Source: Geobacter sp. (GTDB taxonomy: Bacteria; Myxococcota_A; UBA9160; JADFDR01). Taken from it: DNA of 42,935 nt. Made by a program: the position numbers and the translations under genes. Location: contig JADFDR010000001.1 in NCBI GenBank assembly GCA_018262735.1, positions 1 through 42,935 on the forward strand, read 5' to 3'. Under the pieces are notes generated by a model. That model saw only the letters and a program-made list of their open reading frames with translations. It was not told the origin of the DNA and searched no databases. Shown here piece by piece: positions 8,376 to 16,665 of this stretch (position 1 is its first letter; each line of letters begins with the position of its first letter).

Positions 8376-9968
8376 TCAGCGCGTTTCGCGCTCTTTCAGG
8401 GCGTCGAGGAGTTTTTGCCAGATGTTGCCGAAGGCGCCGTTGCTCATGATGAGCACGACGTCGCCGGCCTTCAGCTCCGTGCGGAGTTGTTCGACGATGG
8501 CGTCGGGGCCGGGCAAGGCTTGGGCGGAAATGCCGCGCGCGGTGAGATCGGCGGCGAGCTGCGGCGCGGAGAAAAGCTCGGTCACTTCGCCGGTGGCGCT
8601 GTAGATCGGTTCATCGGGCACGATCGAAAGCAGCACGCGCGCCGCACCGTCGAAGGCTTGCGCGTAGGCTTCCTGAAACACTTTGCGGCGGCTCGTGTTG
8701 GTGCGCGGCTCGAACACCGTGACAATTTTTCGTGTCGGGAAGCGTTTGCGGAGCGAGTCGATCGTGACGCGCACCGCCGTCGGATGATGCGCGAAATCGT
8801 CGATCACGAGAACGCCGCCGACTTCGCCGCGCTCTTCTTGGCGACGCTTCACGCCGCGGTACACAAGCAGCGCATCGGCCGCGGCTTCGAGCGAAACGCC
8901 TTGCGTATAGAGCACGACCAAGGCCGCGAGCGTGTTTTCGAGATTGTGTGCGCCAAAGAGCGGCATCTTCAGCGTGCCAATCTCTTCGTCGTCACAAAAA
9001 AGTGTAAAGAAGGTGCCGTCTTCCTCGACGCAAATCTCCTGGGCGCGCCAAAAGGCTTTTTCTTGCTTCTGAAAGGTTTGCCCGGGAGACACGATGCGGT
9101 GTTGTGCGGCCAGCGACGCTTGTGCATCCGGCGCGGGCGCGGGCGGCACGATGCGGTGTTGTGCAACCAGCGACGTTTGTGCATCCGGCGCGGGCGACGT
9201 CGTTTGTGCAAGGCCGTAGCCGATCACGCGACACGGAGCGTTCGCCACCACGTCGCGCACGCCCGCGTGATCGAGCGCCGCGACGATCACGCCGTCTTTC
9301 GGCATCGATGCCACGAGGCGGCGGAACATCTCTTTCACGTGTTCAAGATCGCGATAGATATCGGCGTGATCGAACTCGACCGAGGTGATCACCAAACTGT
9401 GTGGGTGGTAATGCAAGAACTTCGGCGTCTTGTCGAAGAACGCCGTGTCGTATTCGTCGCCTTCGACGACGAAGTGCGGGCCCTTGCCTTCGCGAAAACT
9501 TCCGTCGAAATTCGCGGCGATGCCACCGACGAGAAGCCCCGGGTCTTGGCCGGTTTCAAGAAGCAGCGTTGCGATCAAACTCGTCACCGTGGTTTTGCCG
9601 TGCGTGCCCGAAACGACAATGGAATGTTTGCCGCGAATCGCGAGTTCATAGAGCGCATCGGGAAACGAGAGATAGCGATAGCCACCGTCGATCGCGGCGC
9701 GGGCTTCCGGGTTGTCGGCGCGCACGGCGTTGCCGATGACCACGAGATCGGGCTTCGTGTCCTTTGTATTCTGGTCTCCACCGACGAGATTTTCCGGGCG
9801 AAAGCCTTCGTGCACGGCGATGCCCCAGTTCGCAAGCGCGTCGCTCATCGGCGGATAGAGCTTTTTGTCCGAGCCCGTCACTGCAATGCCGCGCGCCTTC
9901 AAGAGACCGGCGAGCGCGCCCATGCCCGTGCCTCCGATCGCGATGAAGTGAACACGCTTCAGTGTCAT
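8376..9968 (-). CDS. mpl: UDP-N-acetylmuramate:L-alanyl-gamma-D-glutamyl-meso-diaminopimelate ligase (Mpl), carrying a repeat-containing insertion
   Basis: MTLKRVHFIAIGGTGMGALAGLLKARG..., VSGTHGKTT, EGDEYDTAFFDK, GAHNLENTLAA and DDFAHHPTA. At 530 aa it is longer than the ~460 aa I expect. The start ATG overlaps the stop of the upstream hydrolase gene (ATGA at 9965-9968). Confidence 0.9.
   Translation of the reverse strand: MTLKRVHFIAIGGTGMGALAGLLKARGIAVTGSDKKLYPPMSDALANWGIAVHEGFRPENLVGGDQNTKDTKPDLVVIGNAVRADNPEARAAIDGGYRYLSFPDALYELAIRGKHSIVVSGTHGKTTVTSLIATLLLETGQDPGLLVGGIAANFDGSFREGKGPHFVVEGDEYDTAFFDKTPKFLHYHPHSLVITSVEFDHADIYRDLEHVKEMFRRLVASMPKDGVIVAALDHAGVRDVVANAPCRVIGYGLAQTTSPAPDAQTSLVAQHRIVPPAPAPDAQASLAAQHRIVSPGQTFQKQEKAFWRAQEICVEEDGTFFTLFCDDEEIGTLKMPLFGAHNLENTLAALVVLYTQGVSLEAAADALLVYRGVKRRQEERGEVGGVLVIDDFAHHPTAVRVTIDSLRKRFPTRKIVTVFEPRTNTSRRKVFQEAYAQAFDGAARVLLSIVPDEPIYSATGEVTELFSAPQLAADLTARGISAQALPGPDAIVEQLRTELKAGDVVLIMSNGAFGNIWQKLLDALKERETR
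9090..9203. repeat. in-frame 57-bp tandem repeat (2 copies plus a partial third) inside mpl
   Basis: Copy 1 (9090-9146) reads cacgatgcggtgttgtgcggccagcgacgcttgtgcatccggcgcgggcg.... Copy 2 (9147-9203) differs at 3 of the first 50 nt. The repeat encodes PAPDAQ(T/A)SL(V/A)AQHRIV(P/S)P twice. Confidence 0.85.
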
Positions 9969-11188
9969 TCGGAATCTTCGCTCAAAAAAGCTTCGAGGAT
10001 GAGATCGTGAATTTTGGGGCGGAGCCCGAAGTGGCTCTTTTTGGCGACGAGATGCACGCGATTCGTGAGCATCACGACGATCGATTCGCGCTTGAGATCG
10101 ATCCAGAGCGAAGTGCCCGTAAAGCCGAGATGCCCGACGGAATTTGCGCTGAAGTACTGCCCCGACGACGAAGCGCCCGGCGTCGGCGTATCCCAACCGA
10201 GCGCCCAATCCGACTCGGGTGGCATGCCTTGCCGCGTCAAAAATTGGTGTAACAAATATTTGGGTAATGCGTCGCTACGCCCGTGCCACACGTCGACGAT
10301 CGTTTGCGCAAAGCGCATCACATCATCGACCGGCGCAAACAAACCGGCATGCCCCGCCACACCACCCATCGCCGAGGCGTTCGGATCGTGCACTTCACCC
10401 CAGAGAATGCGATCGCGCCACGGGCAATTTTCCGTCGCTGCCACGCGGCGACGCTCGGGCTCGACGAGGCCGATGCCTGCTTCGTTCAAGCGAATGAAGC
10501 GCGTGTTCTTGAGGCCAAGCGGTTCGAAAATGCGACGCGCGCAAAACGAATCGAACGGCTCTTGGGCGACGGCTTCGACGAGCGCGCCGAGCGTGATGAA
10601 ATCGAGATCGGCATACACCGCCGCTGCACCTGGCTGATGCACGAGACCGGCAGAAAAAATCCGCTCGAGTACCCAGTCTTTGGCTTGCGGCGTCCAGATC
10701 ATCCGCTCGCCTTTTTTCTTTTCGCGCTCGAGCATTTCTTCGTGAAATGCGCGCCACGGTTTCATGCCCGACGAATGCGTGAGCAAATGGCGAATCGTGA
10801 CGGCTTCTTTTTCGCGCACCGCAAACGCCGGCAAATGTTTGGCGACCGGATCGTCGAGCGCAATCAAACCGTCGTGCACGAGCCAAAGGATGGCCGTCGT
10901 CGTCGCGATCGGTTTCGTGAGCGAAGCGAGATCGAAGATCGTCTCGCGCGTCATCGCCACGCGCTCGGGTCGCATCACGGCAAGCCCGCGCACCGAGAGA
11001 TGTTCGAACATCTCGCGTCCCTGCCCGTCGAGATGCGAGGCACTTTCTTCCGACGGTGCGTCTTCCTTGCATGCGGGACGCGGCATTCGCGCAAGCACCA
11101 CTGCACCCGGAATCTCTGCGGCTTCGATCGCCTTGTCGAGCGCTGGATCAACACGCGCAAGTTTCTTCTGCACCGAACTCTGCTTCAT
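9965..11188 (-). CDS. serine hydrolase, beta-lactamase/penicillin-binding-protein (AmpH-like) family
   Basis: S-x-x-K motif in FDLASLTKPIATT, in a beta-lactamase-like context (LLTHSSGM, GHLGFTGTSLWID). The start at MKQSSVQ (ATG at 11188) lies 1 nt after the ldcA stop. Confidence 0.85.
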   Translation of the reverse strand: MKQSSVQKKLARVDPALDKAIEAAEIPGAVVLARMPRPACKEDAPSEESASHLDGQGREMFEHLSVRGLAVMRPERVAMTRETIFDLASLTKPIATTTAILWLVHDGLIALDDPVAKHLPAFAVREKEAVTIRHLLTHSSGMKPWRAFHEEMLEREKKKGERMIWTPQAKDWVLERIFSAGLVHQPGAAAVYADLDFITLGALVEAVAQEPFDSFCARRIFEPLGLKNTRFIRLNEAGIGLVEPERRRVAATENCPWRDRILWGEVHDPNASAMGGVAGHAGLFAPVDDVMRFAQTIVDVWHGRSDALPKYLLHQFLTRQGMPPESDWALGWDTPTPGASSSGQYFSANSVGHLGFTGTSLWIDLKRESIVVMLTNRVHLVAKKSHFGLRPKIHDLILEAFLSEDSE

Positions 11189-11189
11189 C

Positions 11190-12101
11190 TCAAACGACAC
11201 CCTGTTCCAAAATCGAAACTTTTTTGTGTTGACCGTCGACCGCGCCGCACACGCCATACGCCCACGGCAGATTGTGCTTGGCGTGCCCGAACGAAAGCCC
11301 TATCACCCACGGAATCTTGAGCGACTCGCAAACTTCGCGCACCACGGCTTCTGCCGTCGGTGAGGGATAGCGTGGATCTTCGCAAGCCGTGAGCGAGCCG
11401 CAAGCAATTCCGGCAAGACCTTCGAGTTTTTTTGCGGCCGCGAGCTGCTGCAACATCCGATCGATGCGATACGGACGCTCGCCGACTTCTTCGAAGAGCA
11501 AAATCGCGCCGCGTGTGTCGATCTCCCACGGCGTGCCGAGGCTCGCCACGATCAAACTGAGTGAGCCACCGACGAGCGGGCCTTCTGCACGCCCGCCTCC
11601 ACCGACGCTGCCTGCGAGCGAAGCCAGTGCTGCGGGTTTGCCCATCAAAAGCGCGAGCGACGCGGTCAACTCTTCGTCGGTCAAATCTTCGCCGCGTTCG
11701 AGCATCGGACCATGAAAGCCGACAAGCCCCGCACAAGCGCGCTGCCAGAGAAGCAGCGTCGTCGCGTCGCTGTAGCCGATCAGTGGCTTTGCGGCGGCGC
11801 GCACAATCGCAGCGTCGAGCTTCGCGAGAATACGCATCGAACCATAACCACCTCGCGCGCAAAGAATGGCATCGACGCGCTCGTCGCAAACAAACTGCAT
11901 GAACTCTTCGGCGCGCCGCGCATCGTCGCCCGCGAGATAGCCGCAGCAATCCGTGAGATCGTCGCGGCGCAGCGTGCGAAAACCTGCCGCTTGCAACTTG
12001 GCTTCTCCGGAAGCGACACATTTTTGATTCACTGGCCCTGCCGGTGCGATGATTCCGATCGTGCCACCCTCGGGCAAGGCTTTGGGTTTGCGAAGTTCCA
12101 T
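11190..12101 (-). CDS. ldcA: LD-carboxypeptidase (muramoyltetrapeptide carboxypeptidase, peptidase S66)
   Basis: GGTIGIIAPAGP, YLAGDDARRAEEF, ILCARGGYGSMRIL, IGYSDATTLL and GFHGP are typical LdcA motifs. Confidence 0.85.
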   Translation of the reverse strand: MELRKPKALPEGGTIGIIAPAGPVNQKCVASGEAKLQAAGFRTLRRDDLTDCCGYLAGDDARRAEEFMQFVCDERVDAILCARGGYGSMRILAKLDAAIVRAAAKPLIGYSDATTLLLWQRACAGLVGFHGPMLERGEDLTDEELTASLALLMGKPAALASLAGSVGGGGRAEGPLVGGSLSLIVASLGTPWEIDTRGAILLFEEVGERPYRIDRMLQQLAAAKKLEGLAGIACGSLTACEDPRYPSPTAEAVVREVCESLKIPWVIGLSFGHAKHNLPWAYGVCGAVDGQHKKVSILEQGVV

Positions 12102-12104
12102 CGC

Positions 12105-13553
12105 CTAGAACGGCTCGAGATCGTCGTCGGGATAGCCCGGCGGACCCGCAAAGGAAGCCTCTCGATGCGACGCTTCTTCCGCACGCTCGGAAAGATTTCC
12201 AAACAAAGAGTATTGACCTTGAAAACTCAACTTCACCGTGCCCGTCGGGCCGTTGCGCTGCTTGGCGATGATGAGCTCGGCCTTGCCGACGTCTTCGCTT
12301 TCTTTGTTGTAGAACTCGTCGCGATAGATGAAGCAAACCACGTCGGCATCTTGTTCGATGGCACCCGAGTCGCGCAGATCGCCCATCATCGGGCGACGCT
12401 TATCGGGATCGCGCTGCTCGGGACCGCGATTGAGCTGCGAAAGCGCGATCACAGGAATGTGTAACTCTTTGGCCAGCCCCTTGAGCCCGGCGCTGATTTC
12501 GGCGATTTCGAGATCCTTGCGCTCCGAACGCCGCTCGCCGTGCGCGAGCTGCAAATAATCGAGCACCACGAGATCAAGCCCGTGCTCGGCCGCGCGCCGC
12601 CGCGCTTTGGCGCGAATTTCGAGGATCGAAAGACCGCCGGTTTCGTCGATGGAAATCGGCGCTTCGGAAAGCACAGTGGCTGCCTCGGACAAACGTCGAT
12701 AGTCGCTCATCGGAATGATGCCGCGGCGAAACATCGAAGCGTCGATGCGCGCTTCCGACGAAAGCAGGCGCAAGATCAACGATTGCGTGGTCATTTCCAT
12801 CGAGAACACCGCGACGCGTTTGCTGTGCTCGACAGCGGCATGACGCGCGATGTTGAGCGCAAGCGCGGTTTTGCCCATGCTCGGGCGCGCCGCCAAAATC
12901 ACCAACTCGCCGGCCTGCAAACCGCCCGTCATCTCGTCGAAACTTTTGAAGCCCGTCGGAATGCCGGTGAGCGAGCCCGCGCGCTGCATCAGCTTTTCGA
13001 TGTGATCGAAGGTCGCCGGCATCTCCTTGCTCAAGCTCGTAAAATCGCTGCGGCCTTTTTGCTGACTGAGACTAAAAATTTTCGACTCGGCCATGTCGAG
13101 CAAGCTGTGCGCTTCGTCGTCTTGATTGAACGAATTTTCGACGATCTCCGACGCCACCGAGATCAGCGCGCGCTTCACGGATTTGTCGTGGACGATTTTG
13201 GCGTGATGCACGACGTTGGCGCTCGTCGCGGCGTAATCGGCAAGCTCGGCAAGAAACACCGGGCCACCGACGGAATCGAGCGTTTTTGCCGTGTTGAGCG
13301 AATCGGAAAGCGTGTGCAGATCGACCGGCTGGTTCGCGTCTTTCAGCGCCACCATCGCCGCGAAAATCGTCTGATGCGCCGGATGATAGAAATCCGTGTC
13401 ACGAACTTCGTTCAAAATCCGGTACAGCGCATCGTTGTCGAGCAGGATCGCCGAAAGCACTGCCTTTTCCGCTTCGAGATTGTGCGGCGGAACGCGGCCC
13501 ACGAAGGCCGCATCGGCGTTACGCTTTTTGGTGTTGTCTCGCTCCCGCGCCAA
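12105..13553 (-). CDS. dnaB: replicative DNA helicase DnaB
   Basis: PPHNLEAEKAVLSAILLD..., Walker A ARPSMGKTA, VVLDYLQL and IAKQRNGPTG. Confidence 0.95.
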   Translation of the reverse strand: MARERDNTKKRNADAAFVGRVPPHNLEAEKAVLSAILLDNDALYRILNEVRDTDFYHPAHQTIFAAMVALKDANQPVDLHTLSDSLNTAKTLDSVGGPVFLAELADYAATSANVVHHAKIVHDKSVKRALISVASEIVENSFNQDDEAHSLLDMAESKIFSLSQQKGRSDFTSLSKEMPATFDHIEKLMQRAGSLTGIPTGFKSFDEMTGGLQAGELVILAARPSMGKTALALNIARHAAVEHSKRVAVFSMEMTTQSLILRLLSSEARIDASMFRRGIIPMSDYRRLSEAATVLSEAPISIDETGGLSILEIRAKARRRAAEHGLDLVVLDYLQLAHGERRSERKDLEIAEISAGLKGLAKELHIPVIALSQLNRGPEQRDPDKRRPMMGDLRDSGAIEQDADVVCFIYRDEFYNKESEDVGKAELIIAKQRNGPTGTVKLSFQGQYSLFGNLSERAEEASHREASFAGPPGYPDDDLEPF

Positions 13554-13609
13554 CGCGATTTCCCCCGTTTACGAGAAGAGCCTCGCCGACTTCAGGATGC
13601 CTCGAACGA

Positions 13610-14071
13610 TCAGGCGGCCGCAACAACCTTGACGACGACTTTCGCCATGACTTCTTTGCCGAGACGAATCGCGACCTTGTGCTCGCCAATTTCTTTGATG
13701 GGGTCTTCGAGTGCGACTTTCCGACGGTCCACGGGGACGTTCAGCTTCGCACTGAGCAACTCCGCAATCGCCGTCGCCGTCACCGAACCAAAGAGTTTGC
13801 CCTCTTCGCCGGCCTGCGCCTCGATCGTGAGATCGAGCCCTTGAATTTTGTCGCGCAAATGCACGAGTTCTTTGTGCAAACGCGCCATCTTCGTGGCAAT
13901 CACTTGCTTGTGATGCTCGATCTCGTTGACCTTGCTGCGCGTGGCAAGCACGGCTTGCTTGCGCGGCAAAAGAAAATTGCGCGCATAGCCCGCTCGCACG
14001 CGCACGATTTCGCCAGCGCTCCCGAGATTGTGTACGTCTTCCGTCAAGATGACCTGCAAATGCTGGCTCAT
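13610..14071 (-). CDS. rplI: 50S ribosomal protein L9
   Basis: QVILTEDVHNLGSAGEIVRVRAGYARNFLLPRKQA is the canonical L9 N-terminus. The gene follows rpsR. Confidence 0.95.
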   Translation of the reverse strand: MSQHLQVILTEDVHNLGSAGEIVRVRAGYARNFLLPRKQAVLATRSKVNEIEHHKQVIATKMARLHKELVHLRDKIQGLDLTIEAQAGEEGKLFGSVTATAIAELLSAKLNVPVDRRKVALEDPIKEIGEHKVAIRLGKEVMAKVVVKVVAAA

Positions 14072-14089
14072 CGTCGATCTCCTTTTTCG

Positions 14090-14695
14090 TTAGAGCCCTG
14101 AAGTCACGAAGGGCAAGAGCGCCAAGTGCCGCGCGCGCTTGATCGCGGTGCTGAGTTCGCGCTGATGCTTCGCGCAATTTCCAGAAACGCGGCTCGGGAT
14201 CATCTTGCCGGTCTCCGTCACGAAGAAGCGAATCGCCTTGGTGTCTTTGTAATCAATCAAAATTTTCGAGTCGGCGCAGAAGCGGCAAACTTTGCGACGA
14301 TTGAACATGCCTTTGGTCTTCTTGCGCGCCTTCTTGCGGAACTTCGCGCGCAAGCGCCCTTTCGCCGTCATCGGTGCACGTTCACGGCGGTCGAAGCGAT
14401 CGCCACCGCGATCTCCTCCGCGATCTCCTCTATCACCACCACGGTCGAAGCGATCGCCACCGCGATCTCCTCCGCGATCTCCTCTATCACCACCACGGTC
14501 TCCACCGCGGTCGCCGCGATCTCCACCGCGGTCTGCACTGCGGTCTCCACCACGGTCGAAGCGGTCGCCACCGCGATCTGCACTGCGATCACCGCCGCGA
14601 TCTGCACTGCGGTCTCCACCGCGATCTGCACGTTCGGTTCGTTCCGGGCGCTCCGCGCGCGCCGGTCGTTCACTGCGTTCCGGTCGTTCTACCAT
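14090..14695 (-). CDS. rpsR: 30S ribosomal protein S18 with a ~110-aa N-terminal low-complexity (RGGD-repeat) extension
   Basis: The C-terminal 75 aa ([66 protein letters not shown]) is canonical S18. The ATG at 14695 lies 17 nt after the rpsF stop and is preceded by GGGAAGGGAGAAG. The internal Met at 14371 has no Shine-Dalgarno. Confidence 0.8.
   Translation of the reverse strand: MVERPERSERPARAERPERTERADRGGDRSADRGGDRSADRGGDRFDRGGDRSADRGGDRGDRGGDRGGDRGDRGGDRGGDRFDRGGDRGDRGGDRGGDRFDRRERAPMTAKGRLRAKFRKKARKKTKGMFNRRKVCRFCADSKILIDYKDTKAIRFFVTETGKMIPSRVSGNCAKHQRELSTAIKRARHLALLPFVTSGL
14389..14496. repeat. perfect 54-bp tandem duplication inside the rpsR repeat region
   Basis: ggtcgaagcgatcgccaccgcgatctcctccgcgatctcctctatcaccaccac occurs at 14389-14442 and is repeated exactly at 14443-14496. 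It sits within a wider array of degenerate 12-27-nt GGDR-coding repeats (about 14389-14640). Confidence 0.9.
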
Positions 14696-14712
14696 CGTTC
14701 TTCTCCCTTCCC

Positions 14713-15219
14713 TTACTCTGCGTCCGCTTCGTCGGAATCGGCGTCATCAAGAGCATCGGGATCGATTTCATCTTCACCAAAGCCAGCACCACCCAAGACG
14801 AGACTCTCTTCGGTATCGAGGCGTTGGCGCTCCTCTTCCTCGCGAGCAGCCTTGTCGGCGGCGCGGCGTTCACGCTGCACGCGCTCTTGTTCGGCGGCTT
14901 CGACTTTGCGCGCTTCGATGTCGAGGACTTCGTCTTTCGCTTGCACCGTCAAGAAACGCAAAATCGATTCTTCGATGCGCAGCGCATACTCGAGCTCGCG
15001 CACGGCAGCACCGTTGTCAAGATAGAGCAGGCTCAGATAGTGGCCTTTTTGGAATTTGCGGATCTCGTAAGCAAGGCGACGCTTGCCCCAGTCGTCGAGC
15101 ATGAGTCGCGTCGCGCCGTAGCGCGCGAGCACTTGATCGAACTTCTGGCAAAGGGCCTCGCGGCCTTCTTCGCTGATTTCCGGCTGAACGATAAAAGTAG
15201 TTTCGTATTCCCGTATCAC
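14713..15219 (-). CDS. rpsF: 30S ribosomal protein S6 with a long charged/acidic C-terminal tail
   Basis: The GTG at 15219 is preceded by GGAGGAG. The product starts (M)[13 protein letters not shown]..., and [18 protein letters not shown] is canonical S6. The tail ends ...[21 protein letters not shown]. Only the last 168 codons of track ORF 14713..16392 are used. Confidence 0.9.
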   Translation of the reverse strand: MIREYETTFIVQPEISEEGREALCQKFDQVLARYGATRLMLDDWGKRRLAYEIRKFQKGHYLSLLYLDNGAAVRELEYALRIEESILRFLTVQAKDEVLDIEARKVEAAEQERVQRERRAADKAAREEEERQRLDTEESLVLGGAGFGEDEIDPDALDDADSDEADAE

Positions 15220-15755
15220 GTTTTCTCCTCCCGGACTAACGCCTTCGCCTCGAATTCGCTCCGAAACAAACTTCGGAAGCGACTTCGCGTCGAGCACGTC
15301 AGAGCTCTTACACACCTTTGCGTCATGAGTTGAACTCGGGCCACGGGAAGTAGCCGACGCCGGCAAGAACTGAGGTTGGTATTTGGTTTTTCTCAAACCC
15401 GCGATCGACCTTGCGCCGGTGCGGCTTGAGGCGCGAATGGATACCACAGCCTCCCCATCTGGCCAATGCCGATTTTGCATCTTCCGCGAGTCGCCTCGAA
15501 CGCTTTGCGCGACAGCCCAAAATCCCTCCGTGCGTGGTCCCGATCGCCAAAACAGCCTTGCCGCCAAAAACGCAGGAACCCCCCGCCTCGGGGAATATCC
15601 GTGCCATGCAAGCTGCGCGGGGCGATCCCAAACCCGAAAACGCTTCCAGCCAAACTCGACCTCCGGAGGTGCAACGCAAACTGCGCGGGCTTCTTCCAAA
15701 ATCGGAGGCTTTCGAACGAAAACGCTGGCACGCCGAGGCAACGAGTCGCGGAGGC

Positions 15756-16385
15756 TTATTCCCGAATCGCTGCGACGAGTGCGGCGTGAACGCGGAGATC
15801 GTCGGTGAGTTCGGGATGAAAGGTGGTGGCGAGGATTTTTCCGTCGCGCACGAAGACGGGCTCGCCTCCGACGCGCGCGAGCACTTCGACGCCCGCGCCA
15901 AGCGTCGCGAGCTTCGGGGCGCGGATGAAGACGCAGCGCATCCCCTCGAAGCCCGGGGCACAACCGGGATCGACGAGCTGGGCAAACGAATCGACTTGCG
16001 TGCCGTAGGCGTTGCGCAGCGCGACGGCGTCGACGAGGCCAAGCGTGGGAACGGGGTGATTTTCGGCGCTGCGGCAAAGCAGGATCGCGCCGGCGCAAGT
16101 GCCGAGAATCGGGTGGCCGGCGGCCGCGAACTCGTGAATCGGTTTGACGAGTTCTTCGCGTGCAAGCCCCTTCGAGATCGTCGTGCTTTCGCCGCCAGGC
16201 AAAATGAGAGCGCTGAGCCCGTCGAGATCCTGCACCTTTCGCACAGCGCGACCGACGACGGCACGGCCGCGCAAGCTTGCGTCGCGCACTTCGCCGAGCG
16301 CGCGCAGCATTTTCAAATGCGCTTCGAAATCGCCTTGGATCGCGAGCACACCGACAATCCAGGAATGTGAACTCGACGGAGACAT
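15756..16385 (-). CDS. pdxT: pyridoxal 5'-phosphate synthase, glutaminase subunit PdxT
   Basis: VGVLAIQGDFEAH, LILPGGESTT, ILGTCAGAILL and TTFHPELT. Confidence 0.9.
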   Translation of the reverse strand: MSPSSSHSWIVGVLAIQGDFEAHLKMLRALGEVRDASLRGRAVVGRAVRKVQDLDGLSALILPGGESTTISKGLAREELVKPIHEFAAAGHPILGTCAGAILLCRSAENHPVPTLGLVDAVALRNAYGTQVDSFAQLVDPGCAPGFEGMRCVFIRAPKLATLGAGVEVLARVGGEPVFVRDGKILATTFHPELTDDLRVHAALVAAIRE

Positions 16386-16665
16386 GGCTCACTCATTCCG
16401 TGACACTTTTTGGGGTTAAAAAAAACGGGCACGACACGCGGAAAACCAAATCGCGACCACGAAAATCACTCGCTCCACACGCGGAGGCTGAAGTTGTACC
16501 GACGGTGCCTTGTGCGTAGCGTTGATTTGAAAGGGATCGACACACCCCGCGCACGGTTCTTTCGCGCCGACTCCGCCTAGCCGCCTGCTCCGCCTACCCA
16601 CCGCGATTTGCGAGTTCTGCATTCGCGCCGAGGGCGATCACGACGCGGACGCCCTCCGGCTCTGC

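Noticed and set aside
8361-10010. 549-aa ORF on the + strand, and similar long ORFs elsewhere: 1680..2933(-), 29023..30771(+), 31753..33027(+), 34354..35640(+), 35770..36930(+), 40677..41804(-), 18596..19939(+)
   Set aside because: Each lies antisense to, or out of frame with, a confidently identified conserved gene (mpl, the Type ISP gene, ispG, alaS, pilT, recA, the HD-GYP gene, nhaA). Their products are R/A/G/H-rich low-complexity strings typical of shadow ORFs in GC-rich DNA.
14389-14640. Possible CRISPR array, considered for the rpsR repeats and also for the 57-bp repeats at 9090-9203
   Set aside because: The repeats are directly tandem with no unique spacers. Their periods are multiples of 3 and in frame within conserved genes, and no cas genes are present.
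14126-15333. Three + strand ORFs (14126..15025, 14292..15104, 14374..15333) and a - strand ORF (14368..14673) across the rpsR repeat region
   Set aside because: They are artefacts of the repeat keeping every frame open. They overlap the rpsR and rpsF coding sequences, and their products are pure repeat translations ([18 protein letters not shown] and similar).
15220-16392. The N-terminal 391 codons of the 559-aa track ORF 14713..16392(-)
   Set aside because: Only the last 168 codons are S6, and they begin at a GTG with a GGAGGAG Shine-Dalgarno. The upstream part runs through the spacer and, out of frame, through pdxT. Its composition is Arg-rich nonsense.
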